From Candidatus Limimorpha sp. (GTDB taxonomy: Bacteria; Bacteroidota; Bacteroidia; Bacteroidales; F082), in assembly GCA_045117495.1 (NCBI GenBank), contig JBGUNT010000089.1, positions 75 to 64,074 of the forward strand: a stretch of 64,000 nt of DNA. Direction: 5' to 3'. The notes under the pieces are model-generated. The model was not told the origin of the DNA. It was given only the letters and a program-made list of their open reading frames with translations, and did no database searches. Of the stretch, positions 19,796 through 28,791 are shown piece after piece. The position numbers and the translations under genes are program-made. How positions within the stretch are numbered: the stretch's first letter is position 1; every line of letters begins with the position of its first letter.

Positions 19796-19892
19796 ACCAA
19801 TAGGGGTGCCTTATCTGCTACGCAGATTGAAAGACAGGCTGAGATCAAACCCTTTGCACCTGATACGGATAATGCCGAAACAGGGAATCGAG
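19796..19892 (+). promoter_or_regulatory. TPP (THI-box) riboswitch
   Basis: Conserved elements AGGGGTGCC ... GCTGAGA ... ACCCTTTGCACCTGATACGGATAATGCCGAAACAGGGAA match the TPP aptamer consensus. Confidence 0.85.
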
Positions 19893-19948
19893 TTCCTCAT
19901 CTTTCCTCTATTGATTTATTGAATTATTAATCATTAAATCAACGAGTT

Positions 19949-22342
19949 ATGCTCAAAGAACAATCTTTTTTTCTAGCTTTCGCCACCTTAGTGACGATAG
20001 GTCTTCATGCACAGTCTACCCTTACAGGTTACGACACCCTTAATGTCCAAAATTTGGACGAGGTAGTGATCAACGGCGTGCGCCTTCAAAAAAACGCCCC
20101 TTTCTCCGTCACCAACATCGAGAAAACAGAACTCAACGACTTTTCGAAGACCGGTCAGGAGCTCCCCTTCCTGTTTGCGAAGACACCCGGCATCATCGCT
20201 TGGGGTGAGAACGGCATAGGCTCCGGTACTTCTTATATGCGCATCCGTGGCGCCGGCGACTCGCGCATCAATGTCACCCTCGACGGCGTTTCGCTCAACT
20301 CGCCCGAGGACCAGTGCGTGTTCTGGGCCAACATGAACAGCTACGGTTCGCTGCTCAGCTCGGTACAGATCCAACGCGGAGTTGGCAGTTCCACCAACGG
20401 CGACGGCGCCTTTGGCGGCACAGTGTCGCTGACATCGGCCAAGCCTTCCTTTGTGCCGAGTGCCGAAATCACGGGTTCCTACGGCTCGTTCAACACGCTC
20501 AACTTCGGTGCCAAGGCCTCCACGGGATTGCTGTGGAACCACCTCATCGTCGAAGGAGCCTACCACGAGACCCACACCGACGGCTTCATCCACGGCACCA
20601 AAGGCCGCAGCGGCAGCTACTATGGCGGCCTCACCTGGATGGGCAAGAACTTTGTCCTCCGCTACAAGAACATCGGTAACTTCGAGATGACCGGCCAGGC
20701 CTGGAACGGCGTGACGGCTGGCAACAACGACATGAGCCTCATGGACGGCACCTACGGCATCCCGACGGGCATCAAGACCTACGCCGATATGTATAAGGTG
20801 GGTCTAGGACAATTCAACTCGCTCTACGAGTACCTCGTCACCGACGAGGACGGTAACTTCGTCAAAGACGAGAATGGCAATTACATGACCCAACGCTACC
20901 AGATGAACGATGGTTCCTTCTGGGACCGCACCACCGACAATTTCTGGCAAGACCACAACCTGCTCTCCGCCGCTTGGGAGATCAACGAGCACTGGTCAAC
21001 CACGGCCACGCTGCACTATACCTACGGCTACGGCTATTACGATGAGTTCCGCCCCAACAACAAGCTCTCGAAGTTCGGTATGACCTACTACGACGCTGAA
21101 GGCAACCAAGTGAAAAAGACCGACTTCGTCCGCAAGAAAGGACTGCGTCAGGACACCTACGGCCTCGTGTGGTTCACCCGTTACAAGAACGCAAACTGGA
21201 ACGTCATTGGCGGCATCTCCGCGCAGAATTTCCAAGGCAACCACTTCGGCTATGTGACTTATATTGCCAACGAAGGCGTGGCTAACAAATACCTCGCCGA
21301 TGGCGACTACAAATATTACGACTCAGACGCACAGAAGCTCGACGGTAACATCTTCGTCAAGGCTGCCTACACCTTTGGCAATTACTGGACCATCTTCGGC
21401 GACATGCAGTTCCGCTATGTGGACTACAAGACCAACGGCATCAACGACAAGTTCTACGATGACGAGAGCGGCTACTACAACCAGCCACTCGACATCCACG
21501 AAACCTACCCCTTCTTCAACCCCAAGGGCGGCATCTCCTTCGATAAGGGCAGCCACCATGCTTACGCTTCCGTAGCCATGAGCCACCGCGAACCCGAGCG
21601 AAACAACTTCACCGACAACGGCTCCTATCCCTTCCCCAAGCCCGAGCAACTCCTCGACTATGAACTGGGCTACAACTACGACGGAAGCATCTTCCAGGCT
21701 GGCGCCAACCTCTATTATATGGACTACACCGACCAGTTCGTGCAGACCGGTGCCGTCAGCGACATCGGCGAGGCCCTCACCACCAATATCAAGGATTCGT
21801 ACCGCATGGGCATCGAGTTGCAAGCTGGCGTAAACGCCACCAAATGGTTGACCATCGAGGCCAACGCCGCCTTGAGCCAAAACAAAATCAAGGACTTCGA
21901 TGAGGTCGTCGAAGACTGGGACAATTGGGACACTGGCACCGCCACCATCCATTATGACAACTCCACCCTGGCCTTCTCGCCCTCGGCCATCCTAAACGGC
22001 TTTGTCACCTTCCACCATAAAGGCTTCGAGGCCACCTGGCATAGCAATTACGTCTCGCGCATGTATCTTGACAACACCGAGAACCTTGACCGCTCGCTGC
22101 CTGCCTACAGCACCTCCAACGTCAGCCTCGGCTACACGCTGAAGCCCAAGAAAGTCGTCAAGGAAGCCATCGTGAAGGTGAACTTCAACAACATCTTCAA
22201 CAAACGCTACGCCGCCAGCGGCTGGGTCTACTCGGCCATCTGCGACAGCTACGGCCACCCCAACGACAACCGTTACTACCAAATCGGTTTCATCCCGATG
22301 GCAGGATTCCATGTCATGGGCAACCTGACACTGCGGTTCTGA
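19949..22342 (+). CDS. TonB-dependent outer-membrane receptor (thiamine-regulated)
   Basis: Signal peptide, plug domain (IRGAGDSRINVTLDGVSLN), 22-strand-type barrel ending in the aromatic residue F. Preceded by the TPP riboswitch. Confidence 0.85.
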   Translation: MLKEQSFFLAFATLVTIGLHAQSTLTGYDTLNVQNLDEVVINGVRLQKNAPFSVTNIEKTELNDFSKTGQELPFLFAKTPGIIAWGENGIGSGTSYMRIRGAGDSRINVTLDGVSLNSPEDQCVFWANMNSYGSLLSSVQIQRGVGSSTNGDGAFGGTVSLTSAKPSFVPSAEITGSYGSFNTLNFGAKASTGLLWNHLIVEGAYHETHTDGFIHGTKGRSGSYYGGLTWMGKNFVLRYKNIGNFEMTGQAWNGVTAGNNDMSLMDGTYGIPTGIKTYADMYKVGLGQFNSLYEYLVTDEDGNFVKDENGNYMTQRYQMNDGSFWDRTTDNFWQDHNLLSAAWEINEHWSTTATLHYTYGYGYYDEFRPNNKLSKFGMTYYDAEGNQVKKTDFVRKKGLRQDTYGLVWFTRYKNANWNVIGGISAQNFQGNHFGYVTYIANEGVANKYLADGDYKYYDSDAQKLDGNIFVKAAYTFGNYWTIFGDMQFRYVDYKTNGINDKFYDDESGYYNQPLDIHETYPFFNPKGGISFDKGSHHAYASVAMSHREPERNNFTDNGSYPFPKPEQLLDYELGYNYDGSIFQAGANLYYMDYTDQFVQTGAVSDIGEALTTNIKDSYRMGIELQAGVNATKWLTIEANAALSQNKIKDFDEVVEDWDNWDTGTATIHYDNSTLAFSPSAILNGFVTFHHKGFEATWHSNYVSRMYLDNTENLDRSLPAYSTSNVSLGYTLKPKKVVKEAIVKVNFNNIFNKRYAASGWVYSAICDSYGHPNDNRYYQIGFIPMAGFHVMGNLTLRF

Positions 22343-22373
22343 GATCGACATTGCTTGTGATCAAAACTATCAT

Positions 22374-22401
22374 AAATCCCGCTCTTAGGAGCGGGATTTT
22401 T
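22374..22401 (+). terminator. intrinsic terminator
   Basis: Hairpin AAATCCCGCTCTTAGGAGCGGGATTT followed by a T-run, after the receptor gene. Confidence 0.8.
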
Positions 22402-22403
22402 CA

Positions 22404-22411
22404 TATCTTTG
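22404..22411 (+). promoter_or_regulatory. -7 box TATCTTTG
   Basis: 21 nt upstream of the ATG at 22432. Confidence 0.5.
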
Positions 22412-22431
22412 CGCTCAATAATAACACGATC

Positions 22432-23223
22432 ATGAAAAAAACGATTCTGAGTATTGCAATTATTGTCACCGCCATCCTGTTTGGATGCAGCGAGCCACAG
22501 CCTCTCACCATCTATATGGTTGGCGACAGCACCATGGCCGACCGATACGACACCATCGAAACGCCTGAACGTGGCTGGGGACAGGTATTCCCCACCTTTC
22601 TGAGCGAGCAAGCCCTCGTTAAAAACCATGCTAAAAACGGTAGAAGCACGAAATCCTTCCTCAACGAGGGTCGCTGGGAGAAAGTGATGGAAACGCTTGA
22701 CAAAGGCGACGTCGTCATCATTCAATTTGGCACCAACGATGCGAAAATTGAAGACTCCACGCTCTTTGCCGACCCTCATCATTATGCCCAAAACCTGTCT
22801 TTCATGATTCGCCAAGCAAAAACCGTCGGCGCCTTACCCATACTTTGCACACCCATCGCACGACGCCATTTCAATGGAGATGAACTACAGTATGTGCACG
22901 GCGACTATCCCGCTGCCGCCATTGAAGTAGCAGAAAAGGAAGACGTCCCCTTGGTGGATATGACTACCATCACCATGAGATGGCTTGAACCGCTTGGCGA
23001 AAAAGGTTCAAGGCCTTATTTTGTATATAAGATCAAACCTGGTGAATACAGCAAATATCCAGAGGGCAAGTCTGACAACACTCATCTGCGCGAAAAAGGT
23101 GCTCTAAAAGTGGCTGAATTGTTTTCCCGTGCCGTTACAAAGCAAAACATCAAGCCTCTGAAGGATTACATACAATCGAACAACAAAGAAATCAAATACA
23201 CCATCCCTTGTGGAATAGAGTAA
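22432..23223 (+). CDS. SGNH/GDSL hydrolase (rhamnogalacturonan acetylesterase-like)
   Basis: Signal/lipoprotein N-terminus. Block I MVGDSTMAD and block III FGTNDA. Start moved from the TTG at 22351 to the ATG. Confidence 0.8.
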   Translation: MKKTILSIAIIVTAILFGCSEPQPLTIYMVGDSTMADRYDTIETPERGWGQVFPTFLSEQALVKNHAKNGRSTKSFLNEGRWEKVMETLDKGDVVIIQFGTNDAKIEDSTLFADPHHYAQNLSFMIRQAKTVGALPILCTPIARRHFNGDELQYVHGDYPAAAIEVAEKEDVPLVDMTTITMRWLEPLGEKGSRPYFVYKIKPGEYSKYPEGKSDNTHLREKGALKVAELFSRAVTKQNIKPLKDYIQSNNKEIKYTIPCGIE

Positions 23224-23268
23224 GCTCAGACGACATCTATTAAACTCATCACTCCAAAACAAAGCCCC

Positions 23269-24588
23269 ATGATCTGGCCTGAACTGTTATCCAACAAACG
23301 CTATGCGCAGTCGCACAAGAGCACCGACATCCGGAGCTCTTTTCAACGCGACTATGACCGCATCCTCTTCTCAAGCCCTTTCCGCCGTCTGCAAAACAAG
23401 ACACAAGTTTTTCCTTTGCCAGGCGCACAGATGGTCCATAATCGTCTCACCCACAGCCTCGAGGTGGCCAGCGTCGGACGCTCTATCGCCTGCCGTACAG
23501 TAGAAAAGCTGGCAGTCAAACATCCTGAACTGAAGGAGCGCATGTCCGACATTGAGAACATCGTCGCCGCGGCTTGTTTGGCTCATGACCTAGGCAACCC
23601 GCCCTTCGGCCATTCGGGCGAAGACACCATCAGCAGCTTTTTCAATGATGGTCCAGGAAAAGCCTTGCAAAGCGCAATGCTACCCGAGCAATGGAGCGAC
23701 CTCATCGCCTTCGAAGGCAACGCCAATGCCTTTCGGCAGCTCACCCACCAATTCACGGGACGTCGTGCCGGTGGATTCTCTCTAACCTCTGCCACACTGG
23801 CAACGCTACTGAAATATCCTTATCCTTCCTTCAACAAAGGCAACCGCAAAAAATACAACGTTTTCTACTCCGAGATTCCCGCCTTCGAAGAGGTCGTCAA
23901 AGAGTGCGGAATGCCTCGTGTCGACAGTGAACGCCTCGTTTATGCCCGCCACCCTCTCTCCTACATGATGGAAGCCGCCGACGACATCTGCTATCTCATC
24001 CTCGACATGGAAGATGCCCATAAACGCGGCATCGTCAGCACCGAAGCCATCGAGGGCTGCTTTGTCTCGTTCTTCAACCCTTCCGACGAATCCGACAAAG
24101 GATTTTTCCAGCACAAGGACGAGGTCTATCGAGACGTGACCGACACCAACGAACGCATGGCCTTCATCCGTGCCATGCTCATCAACAAATTGGTAAACTG
24201 TGCCAGCGACATCTTTGTCAACAACCATGAGGCCATCATGAATGGATGCTTCGAGAAAAGCCTCATCGCACACCTGCCTGACTTCGAAAAAAAGGCCCTC
24301 GACCTTTGCCGCGATGAGTCTGTAAGACATATCTACCGACACCCTTCCGTGGTGAAGATCGAACTGACCGGCTTCAATGTCATCGGAACACTGTTGGAAG
24401 AATTCACCGATGCAGTGCTGAGTCCTAACACACCCTACAACAAGAAGCTGCTATCCCTCATCCCAGAGCAATTCAAAGTCGAGACCGACGACACCTACAC
24501 CAAGTTGCAATCCGTCATCGACTTCATTTCCAACATGACAGACCTTTATGCCGTACAACTTTATAAAGACTTAAGAGGAATCGACTGA
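23269..24588 (+). CDS. dgt: dGTP triphosphohydrolase-like HD-domain protein
   Basis: HD motifs RLTHSLEV and HDLGNPPFGH. Confidence 0.88.
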   Translation: MIWPELLSNKRYAQSHKSTDIRSSFQRDYDRILFSSPFRRLQNKTQVFPLPGAQMVHNRLTHSLEVASVGRSIACRTVEKLAVKHPELKERMSDIENIVAAACLAHDLGNPPFGHSGEDTISSFFNDGPGKALQSAMLPEQWSDLIAFEGNANAFRQLTHQFTGRRAGGFSLTSATLATLLKYPYPSFNKGNRKKYNVFYSEIPAFEEVVKECGMPRVDSERLVYARHPLSYMMEAADDICYLILDMEDAHKRGIVSTEAIEGCFVSFFNPSDESDKGFFQHKDEVYRDVTDTNERMAFIRAMLINKLVNCASDIFVNNHEAIMNGCFEKSLIAHLPDFEKKALDLCRDESVRHIYRHPSVVKIELTGFNVIGTLLEEFTDAVLSPNTPYNKKLLSLIPEQFKVETDDTYTKLQSVIDFISNMTDLYAVQLYKDLRGID

Positions 24589-26111
24589 TGAAAAAGAGTG
24601 TAACCATCATTTGCCTGTTGTTGTGCGGAGTGTTGTCCTTCGCCCAAGACCCTTTTGTTTCCAGGAGCACAAAATCATATTTGATAGCAGAATACAACCC
24701 AAAAGACACTTCTTTTTTGCAAGAAAAATGCCGTCAGGCTGGCTTGGACTTGGGAATCTCTGTTTTAGCCAACCGCATCCCCACCAACAGTCGTCTCGTT
24801 AGTCCCAAACCATCGCCGCACCTGTTGAAACAAGGGACGCTGCAGCTCCAAAGCAGCATCGATGACAACCAGATTGAGATTGCCGTCTACCTTTCCCCTT
24901 TGTTTGACCAGCCCCAAAACATCAACGTAATTCAAATCGACGATGAGCTGATTGTCTACCGCACCACGGAAGCCAGCACCTTCTTCCACCTGCTTCACCA
25001 TTGCAAACGCGGCGCCTTTGGCACCAAGGCCACCAGCCATGCCAAGAACGCCGTGGTATACAAGCTTTGGGACACTCCCGAGCGAGCCCTACTTCCCGAC
25101 CTCGAGGTGCAAAACCAAATGGCACAAGCCGAAGCCAAGAGATGGGCCAAAACCAATTCTCCCCTTTTGATTTTCAACGACCTGAAGAGTTACGCCCTCA
25201 ATGAGCTAGGCGACGAGGCCATAGGCCTTTTTCTTGACACGATGCACAAGTACAACCCTGGCAAACTCCTACAAGCCGACTTGCTCACACCCTCATCGAA
25301 GCAATATCTAAGCCGCGTCAACGAAAACCAATATTGGAATGAGTCGATGCGAACCAAGATCATCGAAACACTGACAGAGAAACAAGTTTACTACCACGAG
25401 AACCAAATGCCATGGATGATAGGAAACTTCAATATTCACCTTGCCGACAAGAACCGGAAAGCGACCTCGATGGAGGAATTGGAATGGTTTCTTTCCAAAG
25501 CCGCCGCCTTCGATGCAGGCTTCGGCCTTGATTTCAGCGCAGATGCCATGCGTAAACACGGTCTCACCAATATAATGCTAAACACAATTAAGATATGGGA
25601 GACCCTTCGCTTATCACAAGCCTTCAGCGACGACATCAAGGAAACGCTTAAAGACCCATATTGCGATTGGCACATCAAAAGGGACAAAGACTCCACCTTC
25701 CTCCTCTATCCGCAGCACAATTCTCGCCGCTATTATTGCAATCTATACAACGACCAATGGGAATGGAATTCCCCATACACGAGCCGCTTTGCGCTTTGCA
25801 TTACCGTTGAAGGTAAAGGAAGCATTAGCAATCCTGTCGTCAGAACCCTTAATGGAATTCTAGAATTTCCTTGCACCATAAAGGCCGGACAATATCTCAT
25901 TTATGATTTTGAAGGCAACGCTTGCATTACCGACTTTAACTACAACAAAATTGCCAACGTGTACGCGCTAGGCGAATCGTTCTTGGACGAAGGCATTTCA
26001 GAGGTCTCTTTCAGTTGCGAGGTGAAAATGGAAGAAAGGAAAAAACCTGAAGTAAACGTACGTTATTATACCCACGGCCATGCCAAGGAGTTGCGGATGC
26101 GGTCAAAATAG
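24588..26111 (+). CDS. hypothetical secreted protein
   Basis: 507 aa. Signal peptide MKKSVTIICLLLCGVLSFAQ. Start overlaps the dgt stop (TGATG). No motif recognised. Confidence 0.55.
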   Translation: MKKSVTIICLLLCGVLSFAQDPFVSRSTKSYLIAEYNPKDTSFLQEKCRQAGLDLGISVLANRIPTNSRLVSPKPSPHLLKQGTLQLQSSIDDNQIEIAVYLSPLFDQPQNINVIQIDDELIVYRTTEASTFFHLLHHCKRGAFGTKATSHAKNAVVYKLWDTPERALLPDLEVQNQMAQAEAKRWAKTNSPLLIFNDLKSYALNELGDEAIGLFLDTMHKYNPGKLLQADLLTPSSKQYLSRVNENQYWNESMRTKIIETLTEKQVYYHENQMPWMIGNFNIHLADKNRKATSMEELEWFLSKAAAFDAGFGLDFSADAMRKHGLTNIMLNTIKIWETLRLSQAFSDDIKETLKDPYCDWHIKRDKDSTFLLYPQHNSRRYYCNLYNDQWEWNSPYTSRFALCITVEGKGSISNPVVRTLNGILEFPCTIKAGQYLIYDFEGNACITDFNYNKIANVYALGESFLDEGISEVSFSCEVKMEERKKPEVNVRYYTHGHAKELRMRSK

Positions 26112-26212
26112 CAACGTTCACCATAGGGGAAACCTTCCTTTTCCCTATTGATGATGAGCATTTATTTAAAAAAGCATCATTAATAAGGATAAAAGCGTAT
26201 GAATTGTCTTTG

Positions 26213-26220
26213 TATTTTTG
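26213..26220 (+). promoter_or_regulatory. -7 box TATTTTTG
   Basis: 23 nt upstream of the feoAB ATG. Confidence 0.5.
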
Positions 26221-26242
26221 CAGCATCAAACAATAGACCCAA

Positions 26243-28603
26243 ATGACAACCCTCGATAAACTCGAAATAGGACAATCCGCACGCATCAAAGCCGTAGGAG
26301 GTGAAGGCCAACGCCGTCAGCACTTTCTCGACATGGGCCTCATCCCCGATGCCTTCATCAAGATTGTGAAATATGCGCCTCTTGGCGACCCCATGGAAGT
26401 AACGATTCACGGCTATGCGCTCACCTTACGCAAAGCCGATGCCGCCCTCATCGAAGTGGAACCATGCGACGACACACAAGCCGAAGAAAGAGCCGACAAC
26501 CTTGACCAGCTATATATCACCTCCCTTCCCGACCATAACGCCCACCCAGGCTTGGGCGAGGAAGGCATCTACCACGACAAGACCCATGAGACGCCACTGC
26601 CCAAGGGCACCCAACTCACCTTCGCCCTTGCCGGACAGCAGAACTGTGGCAAGACCACACTCTTCAACCAACTGACAGGCGCCAACCAACATGTGGGCAA
26701 CTTCCCTGGTGTCACCGTCGACCGCAAAGACGGCACCATCAAAGGGCATCCCGACGCCTCCGTCACCGACCTGCCTGGCATCTATTCTCTCTCCCCTTAT
26801 ACCTCCGAGGAGATCGTCTCGCGCGAATTCATCATGAAGGAGAAGCCAAAAGCCATCATCAACATTGTGGACGCCAACAACATCGAACGCAACCTCTATC
26901 TGACCATGCAACTCATGGAATTAGGAACGCCTATGGTGTTGGCCCTCAACATGATGGACGAGGTGCGCAACAACGGTGGCAGCATCTTGGTGAACGAGAT
27001 GGAACAGATCCTCGGTCTGCCCGTAGTACCCATCTCCGCTGCCAAGAATGAAGGCATCAACGAGCTCGTCGACCACGCCATCCACATCGCTAAATACCAA
27101 GAAGCCCCAGTGCGTCAGGACTTCTGCGACAAGGACGACCATGGCGGTGCCGTGCACCGCTGTCTCCACAGCATCATGCACCTCATCGAGGACCATGCGC
27201 AACGAGCCGACATCCCTGTGCGTTTTGCCGCCTCCAAACTCATTGAAGGTGACAACATCGTCATGGAGGCCTTGAAGCTCTCGCAAAACGAGAAAGAGAC
27301 CCTCGAACACCTCATCCTGCAGATGGAAGAGGAACGTGGCCTCGACCGCGCCGCAGCCATGGCCGAGATGCGCTTCGCCTTCATCAAGAAGCTATGTGAC
27401 AAGACCGTCGTAAAGCCCAAAGAAAGCAAAGAATACCAACGCAGCCGACGCATCGACCGCATCCTGACGGGCAAGTGGACTGCCATCCCCATCTTCATCC
27501 TCGTCATGATGGGCATCATATGGCTCAGCATCGACGCCCTCGGAGCACCTTTGCAGGACTGGCTCGACCAAGGCATCTCGTGGCTCGCAGGAGTGACAGG
27601 CAACGCCTTGGCCAACTGGAATGTCAGCCCCGCAGTGCAGTCACTCGTTGTCGACGGCATCTTCGGCGGCGTCGGCAGCGTATTGAGTTTCGTGCCTATC
27701 ATCATCCTGCTATTTTTCTTCCTCAGTCTGCTGGAAGACAGCGGCTATATGGCACGCGTGGCTTTTGTCAGCGACAGCTTCTTGCGTAAGCTCGGTCTCA
27801 CCGGCCACAGCATCGTGCCCATGCTCATCGGCTTTGGCTGCACCGTGCCCGCCGTGATGGCCACGCGCACCCTGCACTCCACCCACGACCGTTGGCGCAC
27901 CATCCTGTTGACGCCGTTCATGAGCTGTTCGGCAAAGATTCCCATCTACGCCTTCTTTACCAGCGTTTTCTTCCCGCATCATGGTGGGCTGGTGTTAATC
28001 GGATTATACCTCCTGGGCATCATCGTTGGCATCGTCACTGCTTTGTTCACCAAGTGGTTTGGCGACAAGGGCGACGTGGCGCCTTTCGTCATGGAGCTGC
28101 CCAACTACCGTCTGCCAAGTCTCAAGAACGTGGCGCACCTGCTATGGGACAAGACCAAAGACTTCTTGCAACGCGCCTTCACCGTCATCTTCATCGCCTC
28201 CTTGGTGATCTGGCTCCTGCAGACCTTCGACTTCCACTTCCAGATGGTCGAGAACGGTGAAGGCAGCATGCTAGCCAGTGTGGCCGGCTGGATTGCACCT
28301 ATATTCCGCCCCATCGGTCTTGGCGAGTGGCAGATCGTCACCGCCTTGGTGAGCGGCTTTATGGCAAAGGAAAGTGTGGTGGCCACCCTCGAGGTCTTGA
28401 ACGCCATGCCTTTGTTCACCACCGTCACCAGCATCTCCATGTTGGTCTTCTGCCTGCTCTATACGCCTTGCGTGGCCGCCATGGCCGCCGTCCGTCGCGA
28501 GTTGGGCACTAAGTGGATGCTGTTTATCATCCTGTTCCAATGCGTCGTCGCCTGGCTCTGTGCCTGGTTTGCTTACCTCATCGCCAACGCCATCATCGCA
28601 TGA
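26243..28603 (+). CDS. feoB: fused FeoA-FeoB ferrous iron transporter
   Basis: N-terminal FeoA SH3-like domain. G-domain motifs GQQNCGKTTLFN and DLPG. Polytopic C-terminal permease. Confidence 0.93.
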   Translation: MTTLDKLEIGQSARIKAVGGEGQRRQHFLDMGLIPDAFIKIVKYAPLGDPMEVTIHGYALTLRKADAALIEVEPCDDTQAEERADNLDQLYITSLPDHNAHPGLGEEGIYHDKTHETPLPKGTQLTFALAGQQNCGKTTLFNQLTGANQHVGNFPGVTVDRKDGTIKGHPDASVTDLPGIYSLSPYTSEEIVSREFIMKEKPKAIINIVDANNIERNLYLTMQLMELGTPMVLALNMMDEVRNNGGSILVNEMEQILGLPVVPISAAKNEGINELVDHAIHIAKYQEAPVRQDFCDKDDHGGAVHRCLHSIMHLIEDHAQRADIPVRFAASKLIEGDNIVMEALKLSQNEKETLEHLILQMEEERGLDRAAAMAEMRFAFIKKLCDKTVVKPKESKEYQRSRRIDRILTGKWTAIPIFILVMMGIIWLSIDALGAPLQDWLDQGISWLAGVTGNALANWNVSPAVQSLVVDGIFGGVGSVLSFVPIIILLFFFLSLLEDSGYMARVAFVSDSFLRKLGLTGHSIVPMLIGFGCTVPAVMATRTLHSTHDRWRTILLTPFMSCSAKIPIYAFFTSVFFPHHGGLVLIGLYLLGIIVGIVTALFTKWFGDKGDVAPFVMELPNYRLPSLKNVAHLLWDKTKDFLQRAFTVIFIASLVIWLLQTFDFHFQMVENGEGSMLASVAGWIAPIFRPIGLGEWQIVTALVSGFMAKESVVATLEVLNAMPLFTTVTSISMLVFCLLYTPCVAAMAAVRRELGTKWMLFIILFQCVVAWLCAWFAYLIANAIIA

Positions 28604-28770
28604 ACTGGCCTACCGTCATAGTGCTGTTGGTCGTTTTGGCCCTTGTCGTGGTCGCCGTAATGGCGATGCGACGCGGAAAAGGCTCATGCTCTTGTGGCGG
28701 AAAAGGCAAAAAAAATGAAAGCTGCAACGGATGCCAAGGATGCACGGTGGATTGTCCGTTTAGACGGTGA
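28600..28770 (+). CDS. FeoB-associated Cys-rich membrane protein
   Basis: 56 aa. One TM helix, then CSCGG..CNGCQGC..C. ATG overlaps the feoB stop (ATGA). Confidence 0.7.
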   Translation: MNWPTVIVLLVVLALVVVAVMAMRRGKGSCSCGGKGKKNESCNGCQGCTVDCPFRR

Positions 28771-28772
28771 TT

Positions 28773-28791
28773 GAAATTCCCTTCAGGAATC
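28773..28791. repeat. family-D hairpin (GAAATTCCCTTCAGGAATC) between convergent genes
   Basis: Sequence relative of the hairpins at 19731, 47414 and 47522. Confidence 0.6.
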
